From positions 1 to 50,984 of the forward strand of contig RGCW01000004.1 in NCBI GenBank assembly GCA_009919005.1: a DNA stretch of 50,984 nt. The letters are read 5' to 3'. Shown here one piece after another: positions 49,183-50,984 of this stretch. Both the position numbers and the translations under genes were made by a program. This stretch comes from Candidatus Aquidulcis sp. (lineage in GTDB: Bacteria > Chloroflexota > Limnocylindria > Limnocylindrales > Limnocylindraceae). The notes below the pieces were generated by a model. The model worked only from the letters and a program-made list of their open reading frames with translations, was not told the DNA's origin and searched no databases. How positions within the stretch are numbered: position 1 is the first letter of the stretch; each line of letters begins with the position of its first letter.

Positions 49183-50984
49183 TTAGTTCGCAGCCGCGAC
49201 GTCAAGCTCGTAGGCGTTCCAGATCGGGCCCCATGCCTGGTGGGCAAGGTAACCCGAGACATTGTTGGAGACCAACGTCACGTCGAGCCAGTAGTGCAAC
49301 GGGATCACGACGGTGTTGGCCGCCATGATGTCCTGCACCTGGTACATCAACGTCTTCTGCTCCTCGACATCCACCGAGGTCTTGATCGCCTCAAGGGCGG
49401 CATCAAGCTCTGGGATGTTGACGAACTGATCGTTGCCGCCACCGTTCGCCTCAGTCTGGCTCGAGTGGTACGTGTCGTACCCGCTCGGCTCGACCGAGGT
49501 GATGCCGAAGGCATGCAGCGCAACGTCGAAGCTACCGAGTGCAAGGTTGCACTTGGTGCCCGGCGTTACGTCGCTGAGGCCGGCGAACAGCTGGCCGCCA
49601 CCAGGAACCTGGTCAACGATGCCAGCGATACCGATCTTCTTCAGCTCGGCAACAAGCAGCTGGAGCTTCGCGCCACGGGTCGGCTTTAGCGTCGTGCAGA
49701 AGTCAATGATGGCTTCGGTCTTCTTGCCATCAATCACCTTGTCCACGATGCCGTTGCCGTTCGTGTCGGTCCAACCACCATCTGCAAGAACCTTGGCGGC
49801 CAACTCTGGGCTGTTGTCAGCCGGGATCTGGCTCGAAAGATCCTTGTAGAAGAAGAAGGCTGGAAGCTCCACGTTCGTCGCGATGAAGCCAGTGCCGCCC
49901 TCAATCTGATCGAGGTAGAGCTGGCGGTTCACCGTGTGGGCGATCGCCTGGCGAATCGCGAGGTCAGAGGCTGGGCAGCCACCACCACGCGCGTCGCGGG
50001 TCGGCAGAAGGCCCTCTGGGTCAGCCTCGGCGGGCGCGCCGTCGCTGCAGACCGTTGTTGAGAAGTTCGGGCGAAGGAACTCCACCGTGAACGATGGCAG
50101 CGTGCGCTGCTCATCGCCAAGGTCCTTGGTTGGAGCGTACTGGCTGCCGTCAAGGTCGGTGACCATGTCGAGCTCGCCAGCGCGGAACTTCGCCACGCAG
50201 GTCGACGGCGAACCGCAGACCACGTACTTCAGTCGCGCAAGCTTCGCCTGCTTGCCGTTGCGAGGATCCTTCCAGTATGGGTTGCGAACGATGACCGTCT
50301 CAACGCCCGTCGTGCGGCTCTCATACTTAAAGGCGCCGCTCGTTGGAACGTTTGGAAGATCCTTGGTGCGGTAGCCCGCGCCGAGGAGCATGTCGGTCGA
50401 TACGTCGGTGGCCGGATTGCCACCAACCTGCGTGCCGATCGTGAACTTGCTGTAGTAGTGCTTCGGCGCTACAGCAGGACCGTACTTCAAGTTCTGATAG
50501 ATCTTCGAGTAGTGCACGACCATGGTGTTGCCGTTGCAGTCGATCGCCGAGATGTCCTCGGTGCCAACCTTCGAAACGGCGGTGTTCTTTGGGTCCATGA
50601 TCCATTCGCGCGCAAACTGATAGTCGGCGCAGGTGAGATCAACTCCGTCTGACCACTTCCATGGGCGCAGCTTCCAGGTGACGGTGGCGGCATCGCCGTT
50701 CACACCAGGAACCTGAATGCCACCATTGGCCTTCGATGGAGCCTCTTCGGCCATCCATGGCTCGAGCTCAAGCTTCTCGTTGAGTCGAAGCAGGCCGTCG
50801 TGTGTCGCACCAACGATGTTCGATGACATCACGGTGCTGTAGTAGAAGGGGTTCAGCGAGTCCGCGTCCTGATAGTCACCGATGAGCAGCGTTGCTCCCG
50901 TGACCGTCGAACCGGTCGACCCGCCGCATGCCCCGGCAACGATTGCGGCAGCGACCGCAAAGGTTGCGAGTAGCGACCTCTTTC
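49183..50984 (-). CDS. oppA: Peptide ABC transporter substrate-binding lipoprotein (SBP family 5); start lies beyond the right edge
   Basis: Frame is open to the edge: KRSLLATFAVAAAIVAGACGG (lipobox), SLNP, WSDG and IRQAI motifs. Confidence 0.9.
   Translation of the reverse strand, partial: KRSLLATFAVAAAIVAGACGGSTGSTVTGATLLIGDYQDADSLNPFYYSTVMSSNIVGATHDGLLRLNEKLELEPWMAEEAPSKANGGIQVPGVNGDAATVTWKLRPWKWSDGVDLTCADYQFAREWIMDPKNTAVSKVGTEDISAIDCNGNTMVVHYSKIYQNLKYGPAVAPKHYYSKFTIGTQVGGNPATDVSTDMLLGAGYRTKDLPNVPTSGAFKYESRTTGVETVIVRNPYWKDPRNGKQAKLARLKYVVCGSPSTCVAKFRAGELDMVTDLDGSQYAPTKDLGDEQRTLPSFTVEFLRPNFSTTVCSDGAPAEADPEGLLPTRDARGGGCPASDLAIRQAIAHTVNRQLYLDQIEGGTGFIATNVELPAFFFYKDLSSQIPADNSPELAAKVLADGGWTDTNGNGIVDKVIDGKKTEAIIDFCTTLKPTRGAKLQLLVAELKKIGIAGIVDQVPGGGQLFAGLSDVTPGTKCNLALGSFDVALHAFGITSVEPSGYDTYHSSQTEANGGGNDQFVNIPELDAALEAIKTSVDVEEQKTLMYQVQDIMAANTVVIPLHYWLDVTLVSNNVSGYLAHQAWGPIWNAYELDVAAAN

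Overview
A gene-dense, high-GC bacterial chromosome segment with about 40 CDSs and one tRNA-His. There is no integrase, transposase, prophage or CRISPR array. Gene content, tight packing and leaderless promoters suggest a streamlined Chloroflexota-like genome (inference). Recognisable genes include mgtE, crtI-crtB, IclR-acs, an LCP protein, thyX, class II RNR nrdJ with NrdR boxes, a truncated ccsB, pepA, an M23 peptidase, glgC, pncB, pepN, a class III aminotransferase, bioY, an FGGY kinase and an opp operon. The most striking unexplained element is a ~255-nt non-coding region at 14427-14681, between acs and the LCP gene. It folds by eye into a closed multi-helix RNA with three GNRA tetraloops and an 8-bp pseudoknot, has its own candidate promoter, and lacks the signatures of RNase P, tmRNA and SRP RNA. 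Other leads: a TPR/HIRAN-like gene paired with an apparently dead Zn-ribbon DNA methyltransferase carrying a nuclease-like domain; -10 boxes built from neighbouring stop or start codons; a prfB-like +1 frameshift site; and a phased Lrp/AsnC-type operator array. All folds and family calls were made by eye, with no searches run.
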